DNA from: Mycobacterium leprae TN | Lineage (GTDB): Bacteria; Actinomycetota; Actinomycetes; Mycobacteriales; Mycobacteriaceae | Direction: 5' to 3' | Assembly (NCBI RefSeq): GCF_000195855.1 | Contig: NC_002677.1 | Coordinates: 2,700,001-2,732,000, forward strand | DNA: 32,000 nt | In this document: positions 31,463 to 32,000 of the stretch, piece by piece | Position numbering within the stretch: the stretch's first letter is position 1 | How the letters are laid out: each line of letters starts with the position of its first letter | Translations under genes and position numbers: made by a program | Notes under the pieces: model-generated | What the model was told of the DNA's origin: nothing | Database searches by the model: none | The model's input: only the letters and a program-made list of their open reading frames with translations

Positions 31463-31813
31463 TTAGCTAACATTGCGGTGCTTGCGCGTGTCGAAGAAAT
31501 CCGCCCACGACACGACCTCGGGATGCTGCTTGAGCAGTGCCCGGCGCTGGCGCTCGGTCATGCCTCCCCAAACACCGAACTCAACCTTGTTGTCCAACGC
31601 GTCTGCCCGACACTCCTGCATTACCGGGCAGTGACGACAGATCACCGCGGCTTTACGTTGAGCGGCACCCCGGACAAATAACTCATCCGGATCCGTCGCC
31701 CGACACAACGCTTTGGAAACCCAGGCAATGCGCTCCTCGGCGTCGACACTATGGAGAGGACTCTTGGCGGCGGACAGGTTTGTTCTACGGGCGGCCGGTC
31801 GTGTTTTTGCCAC
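31463..31813 (-). CDS. whiB4: WhiB-family Fe-S regulator WhiB4
   Basis: Intact 116 aa ORF with conserved cysteines (KALCRATDPDELF, VICRHCPVMQEC) and GVWGGMTERQRR. Adjacent to the two ATPases, as Rv3681c is in Mtb. Confidence 0.95.
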   Translation of the reverse strand: MAKTRPAARRTNLSAAKSPLHSVDAEERIAWVSKALCRATDPDELFVRGAAQRKAAVICRHCPVMQECRADALDNKVEFGVWGGMTERQRRALLKQHPEVVSWADFFDTRKHRNVS

Positions 31814-32000
31814 GAGCTGTTACCTTCCTCCCGGCCGCAATTCACGGCCGCCTTCCTCTGGTGAAGACCGTTATGCGATCTACGCCACACCATCTTCATA
31901 GTTGTTATATATCTCACTGTGAGTCTACAGTTAAGTGTGACCAGAGGCCAATTGCACAACAATCTGATAACGCTTTTTTAAGGACAAGCGTTCCTTCCCG

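Noticed and set aside
1-32000. CRISPR arrays, insertion sequences and retroelements
   Set aside because: No regularly spaced direct repeats, no transposase or reverse transcriptase motifs, and no clear terminal inverted repeats were seen by eye. Presence of degenerate dispersed repeats cannot be excluded without a search.

Overview
This 32 kb window looks like a Mycobacterium leprae-type chromosome (M. leprae or M. lepromatosis). Well-conserved mycobacterial genes alternate with long stretches of relic coding sequence full of stops and frameshifts. No database search was run. Names come from recognising encoded motifs and proteins and from comparison with remembered M. tuberculosis (Mtb) gene order. 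Block A (1-7.3 kb) follows the Mtb Rv0561c-Rv0566c neighbourhood: start of a geranylgeranyl-reductase-like gene (menJ-like), intact polyprenyl synthase (grcC1-like), intact htpX, an intact SulP transporter, then relics of gpdA1, a flavin monooxygenase (Rv0565c-like) and a YajQ/UPF0234 gene. Block B (7.4-10.9 kb) has a good tRNA-Tyr(GTA), then relics of an AbiEi-type antitoxin, an AbiEii-type nucleotidyltransferase toxin, an Mrr-like restriction endonuclease, and a divergent LysE exporter / LysG regulator pair. Block C (11.1-12.3 kb) is a relic FAD monooxygenase (Rv0575c-like). Block D (13.4-32 kb) follows Mtb Rv3662c-Rv3681c: an intact conserved hypothetical, decayed dppD-dppC-dppB-dppA and acs, then a dense run of intact genes (secreted protease, holin-like membrane protein, ephE, marP, NUDIX, thioredoxin-like, nth, crp, MBL hydrolase, small ORF, RidA-like, two ArsA/Get3-like ATPases, whiB4). 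The most notable item is the decayed defence cluster beside tRNA-Tyr (about 7.38-9.17 kb). I found no convincing previously undescribed intact system.
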